A stretch of DNA of 64,000 bases from an uncultured Planctomycetota bacterium (lineage in GTDB: Bacteria; Planctomycetota; Planctomycetia; Isosphaerales; Isosphaeraceae). The stretch covers positions 2,048,001 through 2,112,000 of the forward strand of contig CAWGMQ010000010.1 of assembly GCA_963823665.1 (NCBI GenBank), written 5' to 3'. Below are positions 55,399 through 64,000 of the stretch, piece after piece (position 1 is the first letter of the stretch; every line of letters starts with the position of its first letter). The notes below the pieces were generated by a model. That model worked only from the letters and a program-made list of their open reading frames with translations. It did not search any database and had not been told where the DNA came from. A program made the position numbers and the translations under genes.

Positions 55399-55683
55399 AT
55401 GAAGGTACGAATAGATCAACTCAGGAAGGCGATTCAGGATCCTGCGATGAGCAAAACAACACTACGAAAAATGCTCAGCGAATTCAATTTGGAATTGCTT
55501 CACGCAAACGCTGACTTGTTGCCCCAACAAACCCGCGCTTATTACACTCCGCAGCAGAAAGGAATGCTCGCGAGGACTCTCAAACGTGGACGGGCATTGC
55601 GACAATTGATCTCGAAAGTTAATACGATCAACAATTCCCCGGCAAATGTCCAGCCGCCAAAAAACGCGCCAGGCCCGACATGA
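55399..55683 (+). CDS. hypothetical basic helical protein, possibly a truncated 3' fragment
   Basis: Lower-GC open frame starting at the element's right IR; no family recognised. Confidence 0.4.
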   Translation: MKVRIDQLRKAIQDPAMSKTTLRKMLSEFNLELLHANADLLPQQTRAYYTPQQKGMLARTLKRGRALRQLISKVNTINNSPANVQPPKNAPGPT

Positions 55684-56155
55684 TTGATTTAGCGTGGCAT
55701 AGCGGTCAGGGCTCCCGTTCGGCAAAACCAGACAGTCCATCTGTGACGGACTGCGGAGGTGCGCGTCGGTCATTTGCCGAGCCGTCTGAAACGAATCGCT
55801 GGGCGTGCCAGTCCTCGAGAACCGCGCTCGTCGCTATACCGACGACCAGGTTAGCGCCCGCGGCCTGAGTTGCGCGGCCCCCCCGAGATTGCTCGCGTCG
55901 TTCGGTTCGAGTAGAATGAACAGGTGCGATATGGGCTTCGTTGCGACTTGCTGAGGAGTCCGGATTCCACGGTTCCGGTGCCACTTTCCGTGCCCGCCGC
56001 TGCCCAGTTCGCGCGAAGGCGGTCCCGGCATTCAATATCCAAATGTTCAGCGATCCACATGTCATTGGATGTGGCGTGCACATCTTCGTCTGCCCTGATT
56101 GGTTATGGGGCGGCGCCTTTAAGTGCCCTCGGTTTTATACGTGCGAGGCTCGAGC

Positions 56156-57334
56156 ATGAACCTTAAGGCGAGGCGGTTGCAGCTACGGTCGTGTGCTGGT
56201 CGCCCAGGCTCGCGGTGCCTCACTTTGCGTTTCAGCCTGCGCTTTTTTATTGTCTGCACGCTCCTCGTTGGTGTGCCATTAGGTTGGCTGCTCCGAGGAG
56301 CTCGAGGTCAGCAGCAGGCGGTTAATGCCATACAGTCAGGGGGGGGCGCCGTATATTACGAAAACAACTGGTGGAACTCGAGCTTCGGCTCGAGCGGGCG
56401 GGCTGGGTTTCTAGTAGATCTCGTGCACCGGCTGGGCCCCGACTTCGGCGCAAACGTGTGCTCGGTTCGGCTGAGGAATCCCAGCCCTAAGGCCTTCGCG
56501 TCCCTTGAGCGCCTTGGTCAACTCGAGCAACTGATAGTTTACCAATCGTCGAATGTCGATGCTGGGCTCAAGTATGTCGCTCCGTTGGCTCGCCTTTGCG
56601 ACGTTAGGCTTTACTACACGTCGGTTGGCGATGACGGCGTCGCGAGTTTGAGGGGGTTATCGAATCTTGTCAGGCTGGAGTTGGTAAGCGGGCGAGTAAC
56701 CGACTCAGGCTTAGCACATCTGATAGGATTGAGTAGTTTGAGGCAGTTGGAGTTACGCGCGCTCCCGATAACTGAAGGCGGATTGGCTCACGTTCAAGGC
56801 CTGACGAAGCTTGAGACACTTAAGCTCGAGGGCGTAGTTGTGACTGACGCGGGTCTCCGCTATTTAAGTCGCATGGCTAAGCTCGTGAAGGTGACTCTTC
56901 GGGAATCGGAGATTACGGACTCGGGACCTTCGACTCTGGCGCGGCTGACACAGCTTCAGGAGTTGGACATTGTTGGCCGTGGGGTAACTGACGTTGGTCT
57001 GGAGCGACTGAGGTCCCTCCGCAACCTCTCGTTCCTCGCCATTATCGACTCGCAGATTTCGGACGACGGGATGGGCGTTCTGGGTGTCCTTCCGAAACTT
57101 CAGGGGCTGGACCTGAGCGGAAGTCGTATTACTGATACTGGCGTGCTGAAGCTAAGTCGGCTCGGCAACCTCTCGTACCTTGCCTTGCGTGACACCGAGT
57201 TGTCGGACGCCGGCCTCCGACACCTGATTTCGTTGCGCAAGCTGCGGGTCCTATCTGTTGACGGGACGAGGATTTCCGCGGCTGGAATCAGGGAACTGGA
57301 ACGCTCCTCGCCTGGCATTGAAGTATTGCACTAG
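56156..57334 (+). CDS. leucine-rich repeat protein with N-terminal membrane anchor
   Basis: LRFSLRFFIVCTLLVGVPLGWL; about ten 24-aa LxxLxLxxxxVTDxGLxxL repeats. Confidence 0.9.
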   Translation: MNLKARRLQLRSCAGRPGSRCLTLRFSLRFFIVCTLLVGVPLGWLLRGARGQQQAVNAIQSGGGAVYYENNWWNSSFGSSGRAGFLVDLVHRLGPDFGANVCSVRLRNPSPKAFASLERLGQLEQLIVYQSSNVDAGLKYVAPLARLCDVRLYYTSVGDDGVASLRGLSNLVRLELVSGRVTDSGLAHLIGLSSLRQLELRALPITEGGLAHVQGLTKLETLKLEGVVVTDAGLRYLSRMAKLVKVTLRESEITDSGPSTLARLTQLQELDIVGRGVTDVGLERLRSLRNLSFLAIIDSQISDDGMGVLGVLPKLQGLDLSGSRITDTGVLKLSRLGNLSYLALRDTELSDAGLRHLISLRKLRVLSVDGTRISAAGIRELERSSPGIEVLH

Positions 57335-57775
57335 GCTCCCCTCAGGGCAGATCTTCCGCGGGCCGGGTCGCCCCGGGGATTATTCCCTGGAACTCCTAGA
57401 AATTCTGGTCTGCGCGGTATATTGGCCTTTTTGTCACACCGCCTCGGTTCCATCAATGGGACCGATCATCGAAACGGAGTCAGTTTCGATCACCGCGGCG
57501 GCAGCGCCTTGGGTGGCCGGATGGGTTTCTGCGTAATTGGTGCGCACTTCCACGTCGCTCGGCACGTTATCAAAAACGCGGAGCCAATCAAATCAGGAGT
57601 GTGGCGTGGCCGAGCTCGGCAAGGGCGGGTCAGCCAGGCATTCGACCTCGTTGAGTACGGCGTGGTGGACTAGGCCACCGCCAATTCTTCACAGCGGACC
57701 ACCACGGGTCACAAACAGGATGACCAGGCCGCGCCAAGACGAAGCCCCCCACCGGAAGCTGTTCGCGGATTCTGG

Positions 57776-58200
57776 GGATGGGAGACACCCACCGATCTCA
57801 TGTGAAGCTGGCATCGCGATCCGGATGCCGCCGCGGGGCTCGTCCCGAAGCAGCAGCGGCGGTGGCGGTCGTAGCTCCTGGTTAGCTCCGAGCAAATCGC
57901 ATTTGCTGTCGAGTTTTTTCTCAACACTCTTGACACCCGCGCCATTATTGGTGTTTTTGTCCATTACTGCTCTTGCGAATATGCCCGCTAACATACTGAA
58001 CCTGCCTGGTGATAGAGCTTTACGTGCCGGCCTCTGGGCGTCGCCAAATCGTCCACGAGGAATGCATTGGCGTTGTGCGAATGGGTTGTCCGAGCGACCA
58101 ATCGCGAGGAAAATTCTGCCGGCGGATTCCGGGCCGGCCGCTTCAAATCGCAGCCGCTTCTCGATGGGGCAGCGCTTCTGGCATGCAGCGTCTATGGAGT
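57776..58200 (+). mobile_element. second, more decayed copy of the Y1 transposase element (left end plus short coding remnant)
   Basis: ~57776-57985 is homologous to ~54026-54235; then LCEWVVRATNREENSAGGFRAGRFKSQPLLDGAALLACSVY. Confidence 0.8.
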
Positions 58201-58329
58201 ATCGGCGCGATATGAAGACGGATTCCTCGGTGAAACCGAACGAGCGAGGGGGGCCAGGAATCTGGTAGGATGGCTGTGGTGAGGCCCGGTCCCGTTCCCA
58301 GCAGCGCGGCTCTCCGAGGAGGAGACACC

Positions 58330-58641
58330 ATGGCGGTTGATCAGATGATCCAAAAGGTCCAGGACGCCTTGAAGCTCGGTAAGGTGAAATCGAAGCTGCC
58401 GCGGAATCCCAAGTTCGTCGACATCCGCGTCGAGGACTACGTCGACTCGGACGGAGACGATGCGCTGCGGGTGACGATTGTCATCGACGAGAATGTGGAC
58501 GTCGAGAATGTGAGCGGTCAGGAAATCACGGACCTGAAGAGCGCCGTTCGCCGCCGGATTCGCGAGCTGGGCGTCGAGCTCTGGCCTTACATCCAGATCG
58601 CCAAACCGAGCGAGCTCGAACAGGGCGGCGACGAGGAATGA
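58330..58641 (+). CDS. small acidic protein, putative MNT-like antitoxin partner of HEPN
   Basis: GAGGAGGAG SD; FVDIRVEDYVDSDGDDALRVTIVI..WPYIQI; directly upstream of a HEPN-like frame. Confidence 0.7.
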   Translation: MAVDQMIQKVQDALKLGKVKSKLPRNPKFVDIRVEDYVDSDGDDALRVTIVIDENVDVENVSGQEITDLKSAVRRRIRELGVELWPYIQIAKPSELEQGGDEE

Positions 58642-58644
58642 GCT

Positions 58645-58875
58645 GTGTACAAGGATCTTCTGGAACAAGCCGTCCGGCTGGCGGAGCTCGATGCCAAGAA
58701 GCCGAAGTAGGCCAACCTTCGTCGTGCGATCTCGGCGGCCTATTACGCCCTTTTCCATATGCTGGTTGACGAAGCCTGCCGAGTCCAAGTCGGGGCACAG
58801 CACAACCAGGCACCGTACCGTCAGGTCCTGGGCCGTGCCTTTGCCCACACTGTGATGAAGGATGCCTGCAAGTGA
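58645..58875 (+). pseudogene. HEPN-domain protein with in-frame TAG (58708-58710) and 3' truncation
   Basis: MYKDLLEQAVRLAELDAKKPK*ANLRRAISAAYYALFHMLVDEAC..GRAFAHTVMKDACK*; no RxxxxH/Y motif is reached. Confidence 0.8.
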
Positions 58876-59685
58876 TCAAGATCACCGATGGTTTGCCCCC
58901 TTGTGCGGCGGGCGGCGTGAGTTATTGCATCGCGGCGTGAGCTTGAATGCACGCCCATTGGCGAGGATGACGCGTGTGCGACATCCTGTCGCAGATGTCG
59001 CGGCTCCTGCCGCGAAGGTTTTTCGCATTGGTGCCGATCCCGGAGCGGAGCTTCGTTCGACCGAGATCCGAACGGGAGCCAGGCCGAGCTGCGACACTCG
59101 GCCTGGGCTCCGGTCTCGGCCCCTGAGTCGGCGCTCGGGTTGCTCCTCAGCAGAGCCCTATCCTCCGTTCAGGCCGCTCCTCATTGGGGCGGTCGTGCTT
59201 GCATACAACTTCTTGCACCACGCGACCGGCCATTCCTCGACAGTCTCGCGCCTCCTTCAACACGCGCGATGTATTCGAGCTCATCCCACATGCCGCGAAG
59301 CCCATCAACCCCGTTCCGTTCCCTCTCTTCTCTATAGGGGGAACGGGAACGCGCCCTCAGGGCAGTCAGCCCAGGCGCTGCCAGCCTGCGGCCGTACGAC
59401 GCAGCCGGCCGGGTCGCTCCAGCGACTCGAGCACCTCGCCCAGTCAATCGTCCTTCCGCCAGGCAGTCATGCAGCCGGGCGCGCGTGCAGTGACATCATC
59501 GAAGCACCATCGAAGTGGTTGATCACCGGTGGCGTCGTTCTCCCGCCCGGCCGCTTCGCTGACTGCGCTGGCCTACGGACGGGCAGGTCGGAATCGGACG
59601 CTAAATGCCACGCCTTTCGGAATGTCCCGTCCCGTTCTCGGACTTCGAGTTGTTCAGATTGCCCATGCCCTTTGGAGGAACAACC

Positions 59686-60030
59686 ATGAACTCTGATTCG
59701 AACGACAGCGACCGGCCGCCCCACGACGACGCCCAGAACGGCCGGCCGGGGAAACGCATGCTCTGGTACACCTGCGATGACGGAGGTGAAGGGGTCACGA
59801 CCTACACCTACGAGATCGGAGAGGAACCCTGGCAATTCGCCTTCACGCACGACGCGGCCAAGGGCGTGTATGTGCTGGCCAAGGCCGACGGCACTACCGA
59901 GCGATTCCGTGATAACCCGGCGCGGCACCTGGTGGTCGAGCAAGATCCCGTGACCGGTGAGATGCGGCCGGCCGTCAAGCGCGGCCAGCCAACTTATATC
60001 TACCTGTGCCGCGAGCAACGCGAGCCGTGA
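59686..60030 (+). CDS. hypothetical protein (114 aa)
   Basis: GGAGG SD, GC3-biased codons; no family recognised. Confidence 0.7.
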   Translation: MNSDSNDSDRPPHDDAQNGRPGKRMLWYTCDDGGEGVTTYTYEIGEEPWQFAFTHDAAKGVYVLAKADGTTERFRDNPARHLVVEQDPVTGEMRPAVKRGQPTYIYLCREQREP

Positions 60031-60075
60031 CAACGCTGGAAAATCGTGTTCAGGGCAGGCACCAACGGGGGTCGG

Positions 60076-60310
60076 ATGAGCCAATCGCCCGGGATCGTCG
60101 GCCGCTACCTTGACTTGATGCACGAGGTTCTCATCAAGGCGATCTATCAAGATCGGGCCGTTGACCCGTGGTCGCAGCCGGTCTTCGACGTTCGCAAACG
60201 CGACTTTGGTCTAGATTGGCCGCATCAGGCCTTTACGATGATCGGCCGCATACGCCTGCGATCGCTACGGGACTGCTGCGACCTTGTCTTGCGAGAGCGA
60301 ATCCCGGCAG
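60076..60310 (+). pseudogene. TylF/MycF-type O-methyltransferase N-terminal fragment
   Basis: RYLDLM..IYQD..RDFGLDWPHQAFTMIGRIRLRSL..VLRERIP; similarity stops before the expected E(T/C)GVWRGG SAM motif. Confidence 0.75.
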
Positions 60311-60369
60311 ATGGCAGTCGGAGACCGTCCGCCGGTTTGAGGCGCATAAGCAGCGTCCCGAGCAGCGAG

Positions 60370-60582
60370 TTAGTGGGATTTCTTCAATAGGCCCGAATCG
60401 TCACCCGACAGCGCCCCAATCTCTGCGGCATGTGTCGTGCCGATGAGCCGCCCCTGGAACTGCCGCTGCCACTCGATGTAGTACGCAACCAGGCGCGTCG
60501 GATCATGGCCGACTCGCGCCGAGATCCGGTGGCGAACCTCCCGGACTTCCTCGATGACGGGATCACTCACTTCCGGATCCAT
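60370..60582 (-). CDS. small protein downstream of the PIN toxin, putative antitoxin
   Basis: DPVIEEVREVRHRISARVGHDPTRLVAYY; overlaps the PIN gene end; GGAGG SD. Confidence 0.7.
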   Translation of the reverse strand: MDPEVSDPVIEEVREVRHRISARVGHDPTRLVAYYIEWQRQFQGRLIGTTHAAEIGALSGDDSGLLKKSH

Positions 60583-61057
60583 TGTTCCCTCCGAGCAGCT
60601 CAAGCGGGGTGACCAGCGCGGGGACGAAAAGCCCGAGCATGGTGTTAACGCGGCGTATGTGGCCGAACTTGTTCGCGTTGGCCAAATGCAGGCAATTCCA
60701 TGTCACCAGGAAATCGCACTTGTGGTAAGAGGCCAGCGCCAGGTGGAGCGCGTCGCCGCCGGGGTCCGCGGGCATCACCTTGTGACGGATGTAGGTCTCG
60801 ACGATCTCGGCGATGGACGGCTCGATGGCCAGGAGCGGGATCTGCCCGACCAATGCGAGTCGCTCTGCGACGCGGGCAGGGTCGCCGCCGCACAGCTCGT
60901 CGAGTACTGCCGGGCTTGTCACCAGTTCGTATCGCTCGTGGGCCGTGACCCACCAACGCCGGGTCCAGTCCCGGCGCGCCACCACATCCGGCGAAGAGCG
61001 TACTTCGTGGTAAAAGCTGAAGATTGTGGTCTCGACATATGCGCGAGGGACGAGCAT
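60563..61057 (-). CDS. PIN-domain (VapC-like) toxin
   Basis: AYVETTIFSFY, TSPAVLDEL, DALHLALA, DFLVTWNCLHLANA, LVTPLEL. Confidence 0.9.
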   Translation of the reverse strand: MLVPRAYVETTIFSFYHEVRSSPDVVARRDWTRRWWVTAHERYELVTSPAVLDELCGGDPARVAERLALVGQIPLLAIEPSIAEIVETYIRHKVMPADPGGDALHLALASYHKCDFLVTWNCLHLANANKFGHIRRVNTMLGLFVPALVTPLELLGGNNGSGSE

Positions 61058-61319
61058 CAAACATTCTCAGTAGCCGTGTACGCGACGGAGGTTGGCAAGG
61101 GCGTTTCCGCCTCCCTCCAGCATACTCGGCCTGCCCCACCCATGCCCAGAGCGACCGGCGCCGCACCAGGCTGCCGGTTCGGGCACGGCCGTCGAACGGA
61201 GGCAACGAGCTTCGCGCCGAGTTTAAGAGCAGACCGAACCGCCGAGGACAACCGTGAAACGTACCCGAATTTCGTGTGCGACGAGTCGTGGCCGTCAATC
61301 AATCAGGGAGTCATCATCC

Positions 61320-64000
61320 ATGTCATCGCAACCGTCGTCTTCGAGCCGTGTTCTTTCTATGGGGTACGCTGAGTTCGCCCGCTGCTTTGGGCGGTTTGAG
61401 ATTGCCGGGGCACTTTGTGGCTACACGCCGCAAGTTGACACACATGCGGTGCTCACGCTGCTGGCGCATGCCAGGCCGCGTCGGCTTCTCGAGATTGGCA
61501 CTGCGCTGGGGCACATGACGGCAAATTTTAGCAGGTGGACTCTTGATGATGCGCAGATCTTCAGCCTGGGGACTCTCCAGGAGACTCGGAAGACTTCGCC
61601 CGGGGCGCGGGAGCAGCAGGTCGAGGAACCGGGGCGTGGCGAGTTCGGTCGGTTTGCTGACCAGTTCGGCAAGGCGTGGAAAGTGTTCTTCATCATCGCC
61701 GACTCGATGGTCTATGACTTCGGCCGGCTGGTGCCGCTCGATTTTGCGTTCATTGACGGGGGGCACGACCTCGAGCACGGGCTCAACGATAGTCGCAAGG
61801 CGTATCAGGCCCTTGACCATGGTGGCTGGCTTGTCTGGCATGACTTCGGCAGCCCGGTGCCGTGGGTCAAGGTGCGGGAGGCGATTGAGCGGGTGGGCTT
61901 TTCTGAACCGCTTGTGCATGTGGAGGGGACTCAGGTCGCGTTCCTGCGCAAGCAGGCACCGCTGCCATCGCCGCCGATGGAGCCTGTTCGTCGTGGCCCG
62001 GTGCGCGTGGCCTGGGAAGGAGACCCACAGGGGCTGCACTCGCTGGCACTCGTCAACCGAGCCCTTTGCGGGGCGCTGCTGGAGCGCGGGCACGATCTTG
62101 GGTTGATCTGGGATTCGAAGGCCGCCGAAGGGACGATGCCCATGCGGCCGCCTGATGCTCGCCTGGCTGAGCGGTTGGGCCATGGGCCGGTACACGGGCC
62201 GGCCCAGGTGCACGTGGGGCACCAGTGGCCGCCGCGGCTGGAGCCACCGCGGGATGGCCGCTGGGTGCTGATGCAGCCGTGGGAGTATGGGAGCCTGCCG
62301 AAAACCTGGCTGGGGGCTCTTCGGCACGTTCACGAGATCTGGGCTTACAGCCGATCGGTCCGCGATTGCTATCTCGAAGCCGGGGTCGCGCCTGAGCGCG
62401 TTCATGTTATACCGCTGGGCGTGCAGCCGGACGTATTCCGGCCTGGGCTTGAGCCACTGGCCTTGAAGCCAGGTCCGGATTTCCGGTTCCTTTTTGTCGG
62501 GGGGACGATTTTCCGCAAGGGAATCGATGTGCTCCTGGCGGCTTTCGCGCGGGCCTTTGAGCCTGGAGACAACGTCGGGCTGGTCATCAAGGACATGGGG
62601 ACGAAGAGCTTTTACCGCGGGCAGACGGCCGAGGCCAAGATTGCCGGATTGCGCGAGCGGGGATATTCGGTCGAGTACATTGAGCGGGATTTGGATGAGA
62701 GCGAAATCCCCAGGCTTTACGCGGCTTGTGATTGCCTTGTGCATCCGTTTCGTGGCGAGGGGTTTGGCTTGCCGGTCGTTGAGGCGATGGCGTGTGGGCT
62801 GCCGGTGATTGTTACCGGGGCGGGGCCAGTGTTGGATTATGCGAGTGAGGAGACGGCGTTTCTCATTCCCGCTCGACGCGGGAATTTCGCTGAGTTTCGA
62901 GTGGGGGATTTGGAGACGATCGGGCGGCCTTGGCTTTGGGAGCCGGATGGTGATGCGTTGGTTGACCAGTTACGAATGGTGGTGCGCGATCGGGCGGGTG
63001 CTGCGGCTAGAGGTGCCGCTGCGTCGGGTTGGATTCGCGAGCGGTTTACGTGGGCTCGTTCGGCCGAGGCGGTTGAGCGGCGGTTGCATGTGCTGGCCAC
63101 CGAACGAGATCGCAGCGAGGTCAACGGGGTACCGGCGCGGACCACAGGGCGAAGCCCGACGCAGCACGAACGCCTAGTTCCTGGGCCGCAACCAAACGAA
63201 CCCGTTCTGCTGACTCAGGTGACGTCATCGGTTGTCAGCACTACGCCAACCGCGCGCGCCAAAGTTAGCTTGACGATGATCGTGAGAGATGAACAGAAGA
63301 ATTTGGCGCAGTGCCTCGAGTCGGTGAAGGGACTATTCGACGAGACCATTGTCCTGGATACCGGCAGCAAGGATTGCACGGTTGAAATCGCCCGATCGTT
63401 CGGGGCGCGAGTGTTTGATTTCGTGTGGGTCGATGACTTTAGTGCGGCCCGCAATGCGGCACTGGCTCGTGCACGAGGCGATTATGCGTTCTGGCTTGAT
63501 GCGGATGATCTGATTGAGCCGCCCGAGCGCGCCAAGCTGGAGGAACTGTTCCGCCGGGTGAATTCCGCCGGAAAAGTGCCGGCGTTCGTGGTGCGGTGTG
63601 CATGCGATCCCGGGCCGGATGGAGAAGGCGGTGACACGGTTGTTGATCACATCCGGCTGTTTCCGCTGATTGAAGGTGTGCGGTGGACGTATCGCGTGCA
63701 CGAGCAGATCCTGCCCGCACTGAAGAGAGCTGGTGTGCCTGTGGAGTGGACTGACATCACCGTGCGGCACACGGGGTACTCTGACCGGGCACTCCGATTG
63801 AGAAAGCTTGAGCGGGATTATCGCATTTTGCGTGAAGAGCTGGTCGAGCGGCCGGACGATCCGTTCACGTTGTTCAACCTGGGATCGATTGCGATTGAAC
63901 GGGCCGAGTGGAATGAGGCGCTCGGGTATCACGAGCGCAGCCTGGCGGGCTCGGTACCGAGTGATTCGATTGTCCGTAAGCTGTATGCGCTGATTGCGCG
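61320..64000 (+). CDS. multidomain class I SAM methyltransferase-GT4-GT2-TPR protein (3' end outside the window)
   Basis: Frame open from ATG 61320 to the edge and so absent from the ORF track: LLEIGTALG, FIDGGHD..LVWHD; PWEYGSLP, RKGID, GEGFGLPVVEAMACGLPVI; VSLTMIVRDE, DTGSKD, DDFSAARN, WLDADD, RVHEQI; DDPFTLFNLG. Confidence 0.92.
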   Translation, partial: MSSQPSSSSRVLSMGYAEFARCFGRFEIAGALCGYTPQVDTHAVLTLLAHARPRRLLEIGTALGHMTANFSRWTLDDAQIFSLGTLQETRKTSPGAREQQVEEPGRGEFGRFADQFGKAWKVFFIIADSMVYDFGRLVPLDFAFIDGGHDLEHGLNDSRKAYQALDHGGWLVWHDFGSPVPWVKVREAIERVGFSEPLVHVEGTQVAFLRKQAPLPSPPMEPVRRGPVRVAWEGDPQGLHSLALVNRALCGALLERGHDLGLIWDSKAAEGTMPMRPPDARLAERLGHGPVHGPAQVHVGHQWPPRLEPPRDGRWVLMQPWEYGSLPKTWLGALRHVHEIWAYSRSVRDCYLEAGVAPERVHVIPLGVQPDVFRPGLEPLALKPGPDFRFLFVGGTIFRKGIDVLLAAFARAFEPGDNVGLVIKDMGTKSFYRGQTAEAKIAGLRERGYSVEYIERDLDESEIPRLYAACDCLVHPFRGEGFGLPVVEAMACGLPVIVTGAGPVLDYASEETAFLIPARRGNFAEFRVGDLETIGRPWLWEPDGDALVDQLRMVVRDRAGAAARGAAASGWIRERFTWARSAEAVERRLHVLATERDRSEVNGVPARTTGRSPTQHERLVPGPQPNEPVLLTQVTSSVVSTTPTARAKVSLTMIVRDEQKNLAQCLESVKGLFDETIVLDTGSKDCTVEIARSFGARVFDFVWVDDFSAARNAALARARGDYAFWLDADDLIEPPERAKLEELFRRVNSAGKVPAFVVRCACDPGPDGEGGDTVVDHIRLFPLIEGVRWTYRVHEQILPALKRAGVPVEWTDITVRHTGYSDRALRLRKLERDYRILREELVERPDDPFTLFNLGSIAIERAEWNEALGYHERSLAGSVPSDSIVRKLYALIA

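Noticed and set aside
57400..57700. Possible decayed minus-strand reading frame
   Set aside because: Multiple stops and no recognisable motif.
58708..58710. In-frame TAG as pyrrolysine or readthrough
   Set aside because: The gene is also truncated, and CAG>TAG is the simpler explanation.
61323..62744. 473-aa minus-strand ORF
   Set aside because: Shadow of the plus-strand glycosyltransferase.

Overview
GC-rich bacterial DNA with a strong Planctomycetota signature (DUF1559 prepilin/H-X9-DG protein, LE(A/G)RL-type extracellular N-terminal motifs, planctomycete-style WD40/TPR, HEAT and LRR proteins). The taxon is inferred, not searched. Left to right: a TolC-family lipoprotein with a C-terminal LysM domain; a YciI/DGPF-ECF42-like sigma-YdeI operon; an Rdx/SelW-family selenoprotein (CxxU, candidate SECIS) that the ORF track truncates; a patch of gene fragments; a translationally coupled pair of a Ser/Thr kinase with three TIR-like domains and a ~3,740-aa nSTAND1-WD40-TPR-lectin protein (NLR-like candidate system); a double hybrid histidine kinase; a ~5,050-aa surface protein with a transglutaminase-like domain and an internal low-GC hydrophobic cassette; and a minimal tail-collar protein. 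An accessory stretch follows, with five co-oriented 19-21 bp repeats, two Y1 (HUH) transposase remnants, a CxxC/RAPP leader upstream of a DUF1559 gene, TA modules (one with a dead HEPN toxin) and a methyltransferase-GT4-GT2-TPR gene running off the right end. Several large genes are split by 1-2 nt indels, which may be assembly errors. No rRNA, tRNA or CRISPR array was seen. All domain calls are motif recognition by eye.
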